DNA of 61,271 nt, filler included. It is 10 parts of 10 records of this genome, joined end to end, with 100 filler letters (N's around TTAATTAATTAA, not from the genome) between each part and the next. Parts side by side here need not be neighbours in the genome. Positions count along the whole stretch, not along the records: positions 1 to 7,190 come from SRR31147125_352103; positions 7,291 to 12,793 come from SRR31147125_352635; 8 more parts are not named here. One strand, 5' to 3'. Shown one piece after another: positions 1 to 11,317 of the stretch; position 1 is the first letter of the stretch, and every line of letters starts with the position of its first letter. A program made the translations under genes and the position numbers. Under the pieces are notes generated by a model. It saw nothing but the letters and a program-made list of their open reading frames with translations, searched no databases and was not told the DNA's origin.

Positions 1-1
1 C

Positions 2-1690
2 GGGGGACGAACCGTCCGGGGTCGCCTGGGCGAAGGTGCCAGGGAACAAAGATACTCTACTCAACAGGCCGTCCTGGAGGCCCGCTGGAAAGACACCGGC
101 ATCGAGGCGGTACTGACAGCCGAAACTCCGGTATTCCTTCGCAGCGTCTCCCTTCATTTCCATTTCCACACACCTCGGCATCCCCGGGATGTTGCCATCT
201 GGACCGATACGGCGTCCGTCTCCGAGCAGGGTGGTTTCCTGTCGACGGCAAAAAAAAGGTCGGGAACCGGCGTCATATGGCTCTCCGAGGCACCCGAAGC
301 GGAAGGTATCCTGTTCCGACAGGTGCCTCCGGTAGAGTACCCGGTCCAATTCGAATGCCATCCGATCGGCAAAACTCTGGAGATCATCTGGTCGGTGGAC
401 AGGATGCTGGAGGCCGGGGAAAAACTACAGCTGCCGCTGGTCAGAATCGTCCGGGGAGACCGGGAGCGGCTTCTGTCCTCCTGGCGCCGGGAATGGCGAT
501 CCGCTTCCCGGCGGGATCCTTCCCCGGACCGTCGGATCGTCTGGCGAGAAACCGGCGAGGCGGATTCTCCGAACACCGCGAAAGCCATGGTGGCCGCAAT
601 CAAGGCGTCACGTTTGCCGATTCAATGGTTCGCCCTTGGGCCAGGTTATGCCGCAGCCACCGGCGACTGGCTGACACCGGAAGGCGATTTCCGCGACCGG
701 ATGGGAATCACCGGGCGGTCCATCAGCGAGCAATCCCTGGTTCCGGGCCTGCGTATCGCCCCCTTCCTGGCATCCCGGAAGTCATCCCTGGTGAACGAAC
801 ACCGGGACTGGTTCGTGCAGAGCGTCAAAGGAAAGCCTGTGACGGTGAAGCCCTACGAGAGGGACAGGGACGAATCCTTCGTTCTGGACATCAGCAATCC
901 GGCGGTCAGGAGCCACATCAAACGCATCCTCGGCGTCATGAGGGACCAATGGGGATTCCGGGCCTTCATTTTCGAACGCCTGGGCGACATCACCGTCAGA
1001 GGCCTGAGGCACAACAACGGAATGGGTCCCGGCGCCCTGTACGATACTGCCGCCGAATTGATACGCGAAGCCCTGGGAAACCGGGTGTACATCGCCGCTT
1101 CGGGCATACCGCTCCAGGTTTCCGCCGGAATGTGGGATGCGCGGGTCGTCTCTGGTGAGACCCGCCGCGGACGGGGCAGAAAGGCGGATGCCGACCGACT
1201 GACCGCGGCATTCCAGATGCTCCACCGGGCTCCCTGGACCGAAGGCGGCTGGTCCAACGCCTCCTGTTCCCTTCCTCTGGAGCTTTTCTCGGGAACGAGG
1301 TCAATCGCCAGCTGCACCCTCCTCAACGCGACGGCCATCTCCACCGGACTGACGCTGTTCAGCGGCAATCCCGCCGACCTCGATGAGACATCGGTAAAAA
1401 ACATCTCTGATCACATTCAACTGTTCGATGAAGCCAGAAACGGCAGCCTCAGTATGGTTGTCAATGCCGGAGGAGGCAGGAAAGAGCCACTGGTAGTGAG
1501 GAACGACACCGGCTGGATCGGCCTGTTCAACTTCTCGGGAAGGAAAAAGGAGATCCGTCTGGACCGGGACAGCCTCAGAAAAGCCCTGGGAGTGTCCTCC
1601 GCCCTGTCCGCCGGCGACGGTGCAGTATTCAACAGTCCGGAAATCCATGTGGCTCTGCCGCCCCGGGGGAACAGGCTGTTCCGGGGATGA
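2..1690 (+). CDS. GH36 alpha-galactosidase-like protein with degenerate active site (5'-truncated)
   Basis: The frame is open from base 2, upstream of the GTG at 323. GH36 barrel landmarks appear in order: GDWL...F..RM, GLRIAPF, HRDWFV, LDISNPAV, WGF, IREALG, GIPL. The canonical IDD, KxD and RIGxD motifs are altered. Confidence 0.6.
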   Translation, partial: GGRTVRGRLGEGAREQRYSTQQAVLEARWKDTGIEAVLTAETPVFLRSVSLHFHFHTPRHPRDVAIWTDTASVSEQGGFLSTAKKRSGTGVIWLSEAPEAEGILFRQVPPVEYPVQFECHPIGKTLEIIWSVDRMLEAGEKLQLPLVRIVRGDRERLLSSWRREWRSASRRDPSPDRRIVWRETGEADSPNTAKAMVAAIKASRLPIQWFALGPGYAAATGDWLTPEGDFRDRMGITGRSISEQSLVPGLRIAPFLASRKSSLVNEHRDWFVQSVKGKPVTVKPYERDRDESFVLDISNPAVRSHIKRILGVMRDQWGFRAFIFERLGDITVRGLRHNNGMGPGALYDTAAELIREALGNRVYIAASGIPLQVSAGMWDARVVSGETRRGRGRKADADRLTAAFQMLHRAPWTEGGWSNASCSLPLELFSGTRSIASCTLLNATAISTGLTLFSGNPADLDETSVKNISDHIQLFDEARNGSLSMVVNAGGGRKEPLVVRNDTGWIGLFNFSGRKKEIRLDRDSLRKALGVSSALSAGDGAVFNSPEIHVALPPRGNRLFRG

Positions 1691-2646
1691 TTGTCGCCGG
1701 TCTGGACGAAGCCGCCCTCGGTCCGAAGCTCGGTCCCTTCACCGCATGCCTGATCCGATTCAGATCCGCCCATGACGACGCTTCTTCCGACCTGTACTAC
1801 CGGCTTGCAGAAGTGATCTCACCGGATACAGGAACCGGAAAAATAGCCGTCGGAGACAGCAAGAAACTCTATTCTCCCGCTATAGGGACGGCATTGCTGG
1901 AGACCACGGTGCTGGCGTTTCTGGAAGCCGGTGGATTTCCCCGGCCGTCGACATTCAGGCAGCTCCTTGAGTTCCTGGCTCCCGAGGATGCCGTTGAGGC
2001 GTTGGAGACTGCACCCTGGTACGAAAAGGCGGAAGACCTCAGGCTGCCGGTTACCGCCGAAACAGGGTCGGCGGATCCCGTCCGGTCATCGGCGGAAGCC
2101 GCCGACAGACTGGCCGGGATCCTGGCACGGGAAGATATCACCTTCATGACTCCGGTTATGAGGTTCATCACCGCCGCGAAGTTCAACCGGTATATCGAAG
2201 ACGGCCGGGGCAAGGCCCGTGCCGTGCAGACTATCCTGGCCCCCCTGATGTCGGATGTGCTGGACTCGGAAGACGAAGCGGTGTTCACGATGGACAGGCA
2301 GGGAGGACGGCGCTACTACGGCGAGTGGCTGGCGGAACTGGCCCCGGGAGGCCGGCTTGCCGCAGGAGAAGAAGGACCCCTGAGGTCGTCCTACCGGGCG
2401 GGACCACACCGGGTGACGTTTCTGGTGAAAGCCGACGCGGTGCATCTGGAAGTCGCACTGGCCTCCATGTTCGCCAAGTATGTCCGGGAACTGGCAATGG
2501 GACTCTTCAATGAATGGTGGAGCCGGAGAGTTCCGGGTATCAGATCCACCGCAGGTTATCCGCAGGACGCCCGGCGCTTCGTCGCCGATCTGGAAGCCGG
2601 TGATGCTGTGCCGGCGGATCGGGACCTGCTGATCCGTCGTCTCTGA
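1687..2646 (+). CDS. RNase HII-family protein (long, divergent type)
   Basis: Motifs GLDEAALGPKLGP, GDSKKL, DRQGG, KADAVHLEVALASMFAKYVRE and GYP. Start overlaps the upstream stop (ATGA). Confidence 0.75.
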   Translation: MIVAGLDEAALGPKLGPFTACLIRFRSAHDDASSDLYYRLAEVISPDTGTGKIAVGDSKKLYSPAIGTALLETTVLAFLEAGGFPRPSTFRQLLEFLAPEDAVEALETAPWYEKAEDLRLPVTAETGSADPVRSSAEAADRLAGILAREDITFMTPVMRFITAAKFNRYIEDGRGKARAVQTILAPLMSDVLDSEDEAVFTMDRQGGRRYYGEWLAELAPGGRLAAGEEGPLRSSYRAGPHRVTFLVKADAVHLEVALASMFAKYVRELAMGLFNEWWSRRVPGIRSTAGYPQDARRFVADLEAGDAVPADRDLLIRRL

Positions 2647-2726
2647 CGTCTCCGACACCCGGGGAATCCCTCACAACTTGACCCGCCGGCGCCGAAAACC
2701 TAAATTCCCAGCGAAACGAGGAAGGA

Positions 2727-3778
2727 ATGGCAAAAGAAGCCCTGTTCGGAAAAACACTGGATGAACTCAAGGCGGTCATCACCGATCTGGGACTTCCGAA
2801 ATTCGCAGCAAAGCAGCTGGCAGAATGGCTCTACAGGAACCGGGTTGAATCCTTTGACGACATGAGCAACCTCTCCAAAGCGGCCCGCAGCGCCTTGAAG
2901 GAAGGCTTTGTCCTCGGCATCACTCCTCCCGCATCGGTTTCCGTCTCGGCCGACGGCACGAAGAAGTATCTCTACACCGCCGGTTCCGGTCCGGCGTCGG
3001 GCCGGGCAGTGGAGACTGCCTGGATTCCAGACGAGAAGCGGGGAACGCTCTGTGTCTCCTCTCAGGTCGGCTGCCGCCGGGGCTGCACCTTCTGCATGAC
3101 CGCCCGGCAGGGTTTCCAGGGCAACCTGTCTTCCGGCGAGATCCTCAACCAGTACCGTTCCCTTCCCGAGTCAGTGGAAGTGACCCACTTCGTCTTTATG
3201 GGCATGGGGGAGCCGCTGGACAACCTGACGCCGGTGCTCTCGTCCCTGGAGATTCTCACCGCCGACTGGGGGTTCGGCTTCAGTCCGAAAAGATCACCGT
3301 CTCCACCATCGGGGTGATCGATGGCCTGGAGGAACTTCTGGAGAGAAGCGACTGCCGCCTGGCCCTCAGCCTCCACTCGCCGTTCCCGGACGAGCGGGCG
3401 AAACTGATACCCTTTGAACGCCGATATCCGATGTTGGACGTGCTGGACCTCTTCCGCCGGGCCGAACTCGGCAGGCGCCGGCTGACCATCGAGTACCTGA
3501 TGATCGACGGCGTGAACGACCGTCCGGAGGATTCCAGGGAGCTGGCCCGGATTCTAGAAGGCATCGGTGCCCGGGTGAACCTGATTCCCTATCATCCAAT
3601 CCCGGACTTCCCGGGAACCCCCAGCAGCCTCGAACGGATCAAAGCCTTCCGCGACGATCTGAACCGCCGGGGACAGATAGCCACGATCCGCCGCAGTCGT
3701 GGCCTGGACATCGATGCCGCCTGCGGCCTGTTGTCCACGAAACGCCCCGGCCCCGCCGAAGGCGCCGATTTACAATAA
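2727..3778 (+). CDS. rlmN: 23S rRNA m2A2503 radical-SAM methyltransferase (frameshift near 3290)
   Basis: CVSSQVGCRRGCTFC, FMGMGEPLDN, LALSLHS, VNLIPY and IDAACGLL lie across two ORFs joined by one missing A in an A-run. Confidence 0.93.
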
Positions 3779-3871
3779 AAAACCGGGATTCGCGGCAGGA
3801 GATCATCCAAAACAGAAAAATTCCGGGGTATAATCGACAATCCTGATTTTTTGAAGGAATAAGGAGTCCCC

Positions 3872-5623
3872 ATGTCCAACACGCATTCCTGGGACCGACT
3901 GGATCCCTACCGCGGCGAGTTCATCAAAGGTGAATGGCCGACGATCAAGGAACAGTTCCACCTTTCGGTTCATCTTTATCCCGATGCCACGGCATTCACC
4001 CAGTTTTCTCCACGGGAAATCCGCATTACCTATAGGGAAGCAGCCGGTTATATCGCCGACATCGCCTCCTGGCTGGTGGACAAGGGACTGGCCAAGGGTG
4101 ATCGCGTTGTCCTGGTGGGAAAGAACTCCCCGTACTGGGCCCTCACTTACCTGGCCGCCATCGAAGCCGGCGGCGTCATCGTGCCCATGGACATGCAGAT
4201 GGAAGATGAGACAGTCAACCGGCTCATCGACTTCGTGGAAGCCAGATTCCTCTTTGTGGAAGGCGAACGCTGGGACCAGCTCGGAGGCAAGGGCACGGGC
4301 ATCAGGCATAAAGTGAGCCTGAACGAAGATACTGGGGACTTCATCCTCGGCCTGCCCGCCGGAAAGAAGAAGGATTTCCCGGAACCCATGGAAGACGATC
4401 TGGCGGCGATCCTGTTCACCTCCGGCACCACCGGCCTTGAGAAAGGCGTCATGCTCACCCACAAGAATTTCATGACCGATGTCTACCAAGCCTGCGACGA
4501 CGACTTCCTCCACGCGGAACAGCAGGACGTCTGGTACGCCCTGCTGCCCCTCCACCACAGCTACTGCATGACGGCGGTATTCCTGGAAGGTATCACCCAT
4601 GCCAGTGAAATCGTCTTCGCCGGAGGATTGTCGGTGGGACAGATGATGAAAGACCTGGAAGCCGGGGGAGTCACCATGTTCATGGGTATCCCCCTCCTCT
4701 ACAACAAAATCCTCAAGGGCATGATGAAACAGGTCCGGAGCAAGGGCCTGGTCACCCACCTCATTGTGGGTCTGCTGATGCGCATCAGCGGCATGTTTAA
4801 ATTCGTGTTCAAGGTGAACATCGGCAAGAAGATCTTCGGTAACCTGCTGCTGAAAAAAGCCAATCTCTACAACCTGAAATACCTCATCTCCGGCGGCGGT
4901 CCCCTGGCTCCCGAGACGGTGAAGCGATACCAGGAACTGGGACTGGACTTCGTTCAGGGCTACGGCATGACTGAAACCGCCCCGATTTCCACCCTGAATC
5001 CGGCTCATGCGTTCAAGATCGCCGCTGTAGGCAAGGTGTTCCCCCTCATCGAGATGGAGATTCACAACAAGGACGCCGAAGGCATTGGAGAGGTGGTCAT
5101 CAAAGGGCCCATCTGCTGTCAGGGGTACTGGAAGAACGAAGAGGCCACCGCGGAGCTCTTCGATTCCGACGGCTGGCTCCACACCGGCGACCTGGGCTAC
5201 CTGGACAACGACAATTACCTTTACCTGACCGGCAGGAGCAAGAATCTCATCGTGACCGAAGGCGGCAAGAACGTCTTCCCTGAAGAGGTGGAGGACCACT
5301 TCCAACTCTACCACCAGATCGAGCAGATCATGGTCCGCGGCTTTTTAGCCGACGAATCCACCCGTTCGGAAGGCATCGAAGCGGTGGTTTTCCCGAGCAA
5401 GGAGCACTTCGACGGGCTGGGCATCTACGAGACCGAGGTGATTCACAACGACATCATCCAGGCCGTGAAGACGGTGAACAAAGAGCTATTGGCCTACAAA
5501 CGGATCAATCGGGTTCGCATCGTCGGGGAAGCCCTGCCGATGACCTCCACCCGGAAGATCAAACGTCCCGTGGTGGAGAAATCCATCGGAGATGCCGGCG
5601 CGGACGGCACCGTCGCCATCTGA
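3872..5623 (+). CDS. Long-chain acyl-CoA synthetase (AMP-binding family)
   Basis: LFTSGTTGLEKG, QGYGMTE, GWLHTGDLG, GGKNVFPEEVE, KIKR. AAGGAG RBS upstream. Confidence 0.88.
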   Translation: MSNTHSWDRLDPYRGEFIKGEWPTIKEQFHLSVHLYPDATAFTQFSPREIRITYREAAGYIADIASWLVDKGLAKGDRVVLVGKNSPYWALTYLAAIEAGGVIVPMDMQMEDETVNRLIDFVEARFLFVEGERWDQLGGKGTGIRHKVSLNEDTGDFILGLPAGKKKDFPEPMEDDLAAILFTSGTTGLEKGVMLTHKNFMTDVYQACDDDFLHAEQQDVWYALLPLHHSYCMTAVFLEGITHASEIVFAGGLSVGQMMKDLEAGGVTMFMGIPLLYNKILKGMMKQVRSKGLVTHLIVGLLMRISGMFKFVFKVNIGKKIFGNLLLKKANLYNLKYLISGGGPLAPETVKRYQELGLDFVQGYGMTETAPISTLNPAHAFKIAAVGKVFPLIEMEIHNKDAEGIGEVVIKGPICCQGYWKNEEATAELFDSDGWLHTGDLGYLDNDNYLYLTGRSKNLIVTEGGKNVFPEEVEDHFQLYHQIEQIMVRGFLADESTRSEGIEAVVFPSKEHFDGLGIYETEVIHNDIIQAVKTVNKELLAYKRINRVRIVGEALPMTSTRKIKRPVVEKSIGDAGADGTVAI

Positions 5624-5688
5624 CCTTACCGAACATTCATCTCCGGCGGGTAGCTCTGCTGCACGCCGGGGGTATATAGTCCAGTTTT

Positions 5689-6462
5689 ATGAAGCAGTAT
5701 TCCACAATTCCCGGCTGCCTGCCCCGGGAACGGCACCCCGAAAAAGCGACTGAAGCGGTCCTTCTCATCCATGGCTACACCGGAACGCCCCGGGACATGG
5801 ACTACCTCGCCGATCAGCTGGTCGAATCCGGCCGGGCGGTTTCCATCCCCCGGCTTCCCGGCGCCGCCACCGATATGACGGATCTCTCCCGAACCACCCG
5901 CCACATGTGGAGGCGCCATGTCCTGGGGGCCTGGCAGGACCTGAAATCCCGGTATGAGACGGTCTCGGTCGTCGGCTACTCGATGGGCGGCGTACTGGCC
6001 CTGGATCTGGCCACCACCGTGAACCTGGAGCGTCTCACAGTCCTGGCTCCGGCGATGCTTGTATCGAATCCGATTATGAGGATCATACCCCTGCTGGCCC
6101 TGTTTCACCGCTTCCTTCCGGAAATCAAGACTAGCTGGAAGCCGGAAGAAGGCGATGATGAAACCGCCTTGGAACTCGGCCGCCGCTACTGGACACGGCG
6201 GGACGCCCGGAGCCCGGCGCAGCTGCGCTACCTGCAGCTGGCCACCCGGCGGAAGCTGAAGCACATAAGGACCCCCGCCATGGCCATCGTGTCCTCCGGC
6301 GACCCGACCGTTCCCACCCGGGTGATCGGAGTTCTGGAACGAGGCCTGCCCCGCGGTCTGGACCGCAGCCTGGTGGTGGACAAGTGCCGCCACGACCTGC
6401 CGCAAGGAGCCGACAGGGAAACCGTGGCGGCGGCTGTGATCGCCTGGCTCGACGGTGAATAA
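5689..6462 (+). CDS. Alpha/beta-hydrolase carboxylesterase
   Basis: LLIHGYTG, nucleophile elbow GYSMGG, Asp in GDPTV, His in CRHDL. Confidence 0.85.
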   Translation: MKQYSTIPGCLPRERHPEKATEAVLLIHGYTGTPRDMDYLADQLVESGRAVSIPRLPGAATDMTDLSRTTRHMWRRHVLGAWQDLKSRYETVSVVGYSMGGVLALDLATTVNLERLTVLAPAMLVSNPIMRIIPLLALFHRFLPEIKTSWKPEEGDDETALELGRRYWTRRDARSPAQLRYLQLATRRKLKHIRTPAMAIVSSGDPTVPTRVIGVLERGLPRGLDRSLVVDKCRHDLPQGADRETVAAAVIAWLDGE

Positions 6463-6511
6463 CACTCCGTCTGACCGGTTTTCCTTTCCGCACCTAAAAA
6501 AAAGACGTTGA

Positions 6512-7138
6512 ATGACCGATAATCGTACCGTGAACGAGTCAAAGGTCGTACTCAGAGATCTGGCCATCGCCCTCGGCGTGCTTGCCCTCATCCTCACCGG
6601 GCTCTTTTCCTGGATTGCCTTCGGCCCGGAACAGCCGGTTCTGGTACAGTCCTTCGGGGATCCGAATGTTCCCGTCCGTCCCGAACCCGAACCTGAGCCG
6701 GAACCGGAGCTTGCTGACGGGGAAATCATCCGGTATGTGGTGGACAACCATACGGTAATCGGCGGCGAGTCCTTCTCCCTCATCACCGGCATGTACTGGG
6801 AGGATGTCTTCCTCTGGCCAGACCTCTATGTCCTGAACGACCTGAAATCCGGGGATCCGGACCTCATCTATCCCGACGAAATCGTCGACATCTACAACCG
6901 CCTCGGCAACGGCGACAATTACACCGAGAAAGAAACATCGGTGATTCTCGAGGCCTACATCGAAGTGTACGACCGCTTCAAAGCACTTGGCCCCCACAAG
7001 AACGGTTCAGCCTGGACCCTCCTCTGGTGCGGCGCCAAGTACGACCACGCCTTCCTCGACCTCTACGCCCATCGCATCGATCCCGAAGACCTGGAAGTCG
7101 CCAGGCGCTACATTGAGGAAGAAGGCTTCCTCGACTGA
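6512..7138 (+). CDS. Membrane-anchored LysM-like protein with Pro-Glu linker
   Basis: N-terminal TM helix, PEPEPEPEPE linker, LysM-like HTVIGGESFSLI...LWPDLY...DPDLIYP. Confidence 0.6.
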   Translation: MTDNRTVNESKVVLRDLAIALGVLALILTGLFSWIAFGPEQPVLVQSFGDPNVPVRPEPEPEPEPELADGEIIRYVVDNHTVIGGESFSLITGMYWEDVFLWPDLYVLNDLKSGDPDLIYPDEIVDIYNRLGNGDNYTEKETSVILEAYIEVYDRFKALGPHKNGSAWTLLWCGAKYDHAFLDLYAHRIDPEDLEVARRYIEEEGFLD

Positions 7139-7190
7139 TTCTTTCAGAATTCAATCTCAGAAGTCCGGTTCCGACCTGAGTCTCACGAGG

Positions 7191-7290
7191 NNNNNNNNNN
7201 NNNNNNNNNNNNNNNNNNNNNNNNNNNNNNNNNNTTAATTAATTAANNNNNNNNNNNNNNNNNNNNNNNNNNNNNNNNNNNNNNNNNNNN
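7191..7290. other. Artificial contig linker
   Basis: N44-TTAATTAATTAA-N44, with stops in all six frames. Confidence 0.98.
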
Positions 7291-7351
7291 GGGGGAACGA
7301 CTCCCATGACAAGTCTCCTGAAAACGCACGAGCACAAATAACGTATAGACA

Positions 7352-9465
7352 ATGCCGAACAATCTTTATGTAACCGCAACCGAAGAGCGGAGCGGTAAAT
7401 CTGTTATCGTTATGGGTATCATGCAGATGCTCATGAACCAGCTGCACCGGGTCGCAATTTTCAGGCCTATTATCAACGACCATATCGAGGACAAACCGGA
7501 TCACGACATCACCCTTATCCTCGAGTATTTCAAACTGGACCAGGAGTACGAGACCTGTTACGGGTGTACGCTGAAGACCGCCTATGAATTGATCAACTCC
7601 GGACGCGAGGATGATCTCCACGACCTGATTCTCGAGAAATACATCAGCTTGTCGGATGAGTACGAATTCGTCCTCATCGAAGGAACCGATTTCCGCGGTC
7701 AAGACACCGCCTTCGAATCCGAGATCAACGGTGCTATCGCAGCCAATCTCGGAGCACCCGTCGTCCTGATATCGTCCGGTCGCAAGAAGACCGTGGACGA
7801 GATGATTCGTCAGCTTCAGGTGTCGATAGACAGTCATCAGGAGCAGGGCCTCAACCTTGTGACCTCCATTATCAACCGCGCTCCGGAAGGGCTGACCTCT
7901 GCGATCCTGTCCGACATCAGGAAAAAATACCACCCGGACGAGGGATTACCGTTCTATGTGATACCGGAAAACCCGATGCTGGCCAACCCGACGATCGGGG
8001 ACGTCAACCGATGGCTCGGCGGGTCCGTCATGTACGGTGCTGACGGCATGAATACGGTGGTGGGTGATTACCTGGTGGCGGCAGTGCGGCTCGAGAATTT
8101 CCTCGAGTATATCACCCCCGGCGCCCTCGTCATAACCCCGGGTGACCGTCACGATATCATCCTGTCGAGCCTGGCTGCACGATCATCCACTTCGTATCCC
8201 GAAGTCTCCGGCATCGTTCTCACCGGCGGGTTGGTGCCGTCCGACAACGTGCGCAGGCTGATCGAAGGCTGGTCGGGACGACCGGTCCCGATTATCTGTG
8301 TGAAAGGCCACACCTATCTCGTGATCCAGCAGCTCTATGAGCTGTATGCTCATATCGAGGCGGACGATCAGCGCCGGGTCGCGACCGCGCTCGGTGATTT
8401 CACGAAATACGTATCCGTTCCCGAGCTGCGGGACAACGTCATCAACGAGCGCAAGGCCCGGATGACTCCGAAGATGTTCGAGTATTCGCTGATGGAACGG
8501 GCCGCGGAGAACCGTCAGCGTATCGTTCTGCCGGAAGGCAATTGCGAGCGCATTCTTCGCGCCGCCGACATTCTGCTCAGGCGGCGGGTCGCCGATCTGA
8601 CGATCCTCGGCAGAGAAGACCAGGTGCGGGCCCTGGCGGCTGCGAGCGGCCTCGATCTCACCTGGGTGGAGGTGATCGATCCGCAAAAGAGCCCGATGCT
8701 CGACGATTTTGTCGAGACCTACATGGAGCTGCGCAAGCACAAGGGGATGATCGAAGATATCGCCCGTGACCGCATGTCGGACCCCACCTATTTCGGTACG
8801 ATGATGGTGTACAAGGGGTTCGCCGACGGCATGGTGTCGGGTGCGCTCAACACCACCGCCCACACGGTGCGGCCGGCGTTCGAGTTCATCAAGACGAAAC
8901 CGGGCTTCTCTATCATCTCCTCGGTTTTCTGATGTGCCTCAAGGACCGGATTCTCGTATATGGTGACTGCGCTGTCAATCCGAACCCCGACGCCGGTCAA
9001 CTGGCCGAGATCGCGCTCAGTTCTGCCGAGACCGCCAGAACCTTCGGCATCGACCCGCGTGTCGCGATGCTCAGCTATTCAACCGGACGCTCCGGTAAGG
9101 GCGAAGATGTCGAGCATATCGCCGAGGCTACCGAGATTGCCCAGGGGCTCATCGCCGAGCGGGGGCTCGACTTCATGCTCGAAGGGCCGCTTCAGTACGA
9201 TGCGGCGATCGACCCCGAAGTGGCCCATACCAAACTTCCCGGGTCCGCAGTTGCCGGCCGCGCGACGGTCTTCATTTTCCCCGATCTCAACACCGGCAAC
9301 AACACCTATAAAGCAGTGCAGAGAGCGGCCAACGCAGTAGCAATCGGGCCGATCCTGCAGGGACTCAACAAACCGGTTAACGATCTGTCGCGAGGCTGCA
9401 CCATCGACGATATCGTCAACACGGTCGCAATAACAGCAATACAGGCACAGTCTGAAGAGGCGTAA
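7352..9465 (+). CDS. pta: Phosphate acetyltransferase, long form (frameshift near 8928)
   Basis: N-terminal SGKS and PGDR domains, then [50 protein letters not shown]. One T is missing in a T-run. Confidence 0.95.
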
Positions 9466-9468
9466 CAC

Positions 9469-10684
9469 ATGAAAACACTTGTCATCAACTCAGGTAGTTC
9501 ATCCATTAAATTTCAACTGTTCGACATGTGCGACGAATCGGTACTGGCAACCGGCCTCGTCGAGCGCATCGGAGAAGAGCGCGGTACGATCACCTGCAAA
9601 CTGAATCCGGGAAAAGAAAACGAACGTCGCATAGAGATAGAGGAGCCCATCAGGGATCACAATCGCGGTATGTTGATGGTCGGAGATGTCCTCTGCGACA
9701 GTGACCAGGGAGTCATCCGCTCCAGGGAGGAGATCGGGGCGGTCGGTCACCGGGTCGTACACGGGGGGAATGCTTTCACGAGCCGACTCTCATCAACGAG
9801 GAGGTAATCGAAGCGATTACCGACAACATCCCGCTCGCTCCTCTTCATAACCCGGCGAACCTTGATGGCATCGTGGTCGCCAGGCAGCTGTTCCCTGGGA
9901 TACCGCAGATTGCGGTCTTCGATACGGCTTATCACCAGACGATTCCGGACTGGGCGCATATCTATGCGCTGCCGTATGAGCTGTACGAAAAACATCGCCT
10001 CAGACGCTACGGATTTCACGGGACCTCGCACAAATATGTCGCCGGGGAGTGCGCCCGCCTGATGAACAGGAATCTGGCGGAAACCAATCTGGTCACCATC
10101 CATCTCGGCAACGGGTGTTCGATGACGGCGATCGAGAACGGTCGCAGCGTCGACACGAGTCTCGGGATGACCCCGCTCGAGGGTCTGGTGATGGGGACGC
10201 GCAGCGGGGATATGGACCCCGCCATCCATGCCTTCCTCCACCGCAACAACGGGATGGACATCTCCGAGATCGACACGATGCTCAACAAGGAGTCGGGTCT
10301 GAAGGGGATATGCGGGATGAACGATATGCGGGACATCCACGAGGCGGCCGACCGGGGAGACGAAAAGGCGCGGCTCGCGGTCGACGTACAGACGTATCGA
10401 AACAAGAAATATATCGGTGCCTACCTCGCAATACTCGGCAGAGTTGATGCCCTGGTATTTACCGCCGGAATCGGCGAAAACGACGACATCGTGCGGGAAC
10501 GTTCGTTGCGGGGGCTCGAGCGTTTCGGTATCGAGCTCGACATCGAAAAAATCGGCAGCGAATCAAAAAACCGACCGCGTTGCACCGCCAGACGAGCACG
10601 ATACAGATATGGGGAATCCCGACCAATGAAGAGCTGGCGATAGCCCGGGAGAGCATCACATTACTCGAAAACAGCACCAGCTGA
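9469..10684 (+). CDS. ackA: Acetate kinase (frameshifts near 9768 and 10550)
   Basis: VINSGSSSIK, GHRVVHGG, PLHNPAN, RRYGFHGTSH, HLGNG, GTRSGDMD, FTAGIGEN, IPTNEEL across three frames. Confidence 0.95.
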
Positions 10685-10698
10685 GGGGAACCGGTTAG

Positions 10699-11316
10699 AT
10701 GAGCGAATCACGGACAAGCGGAGAGACGAACAGTGTCTGCGAACGATTTATTACCAGGGCCGAGGCCGCAGCGGCGATTGTCAGCAGGGTCTCACGCTTC
10801 GATGAGGCGGTAGAATACGCTGTCGAGCTCTGCTCTGAAAGACAGCTGAGCCGCTACGAAATCGATGACAATGGCGTGAATCTTGACGGGGTTCGTAAAA
10901 CGATAGCGGCTCCGAGTCTTGAAAAGGCTGAATTCGATCTGCTTGCGGGGAGATGCACTCAGAAGGAAATTGAATGCATAACCCGAGGTATGCGAGATCA
11001 CCTCGCCGGAGTCGATATCGGTTTGACCTATGGTGACATCGGCCTGGCAGAAACCGGAACGGTCGTGATCAACTGTCCCGACGAAGAACTCCGGCTGGCG
11101 ACGATGCTCTGCGAATACCATGTGTGCGTGGTGCCGCTGTCGGCAATTGTCGCAGACGCGTACGCGGCCGAGGAGCAGCTGAGAGAAGCCATGCTTGATT
11201 CGCCTACCTACACTGCATTTATCACCGGGCCGAGCAGAACGGCCGATATCGAGCGGGTGCTCTCGATTGGTGTGCATGGTCCGCTTGAACTGCACATCCT
11301 TATCCTGGAGGACTGA
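10699..11316 (+). CDS. lutC: LUD-domain lactate utilization protein
   Basis: LAETGTVV, FITGPSRTADIERVLSIGVHGP. Confidence 0.88.
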   Translation: MSESRTSGETNSVCERFITRAEAAAAIVSRVSRFDEAVEYAVELCSERQLSRYEIDDNGVNLDGVRKTIAAPSLEKAEFDLLAGRCTQKEIECITRGMRDHLAGVDIGLTYGDIGLAETGTVVINCPDEELRLATMLCEYHVCVVPLSAIVADAYAAEEQLREAMLDSPTYTAFITGPSRTADIERVLSIGVHGPLELHILILED

Positions 11317-11317
11317 T

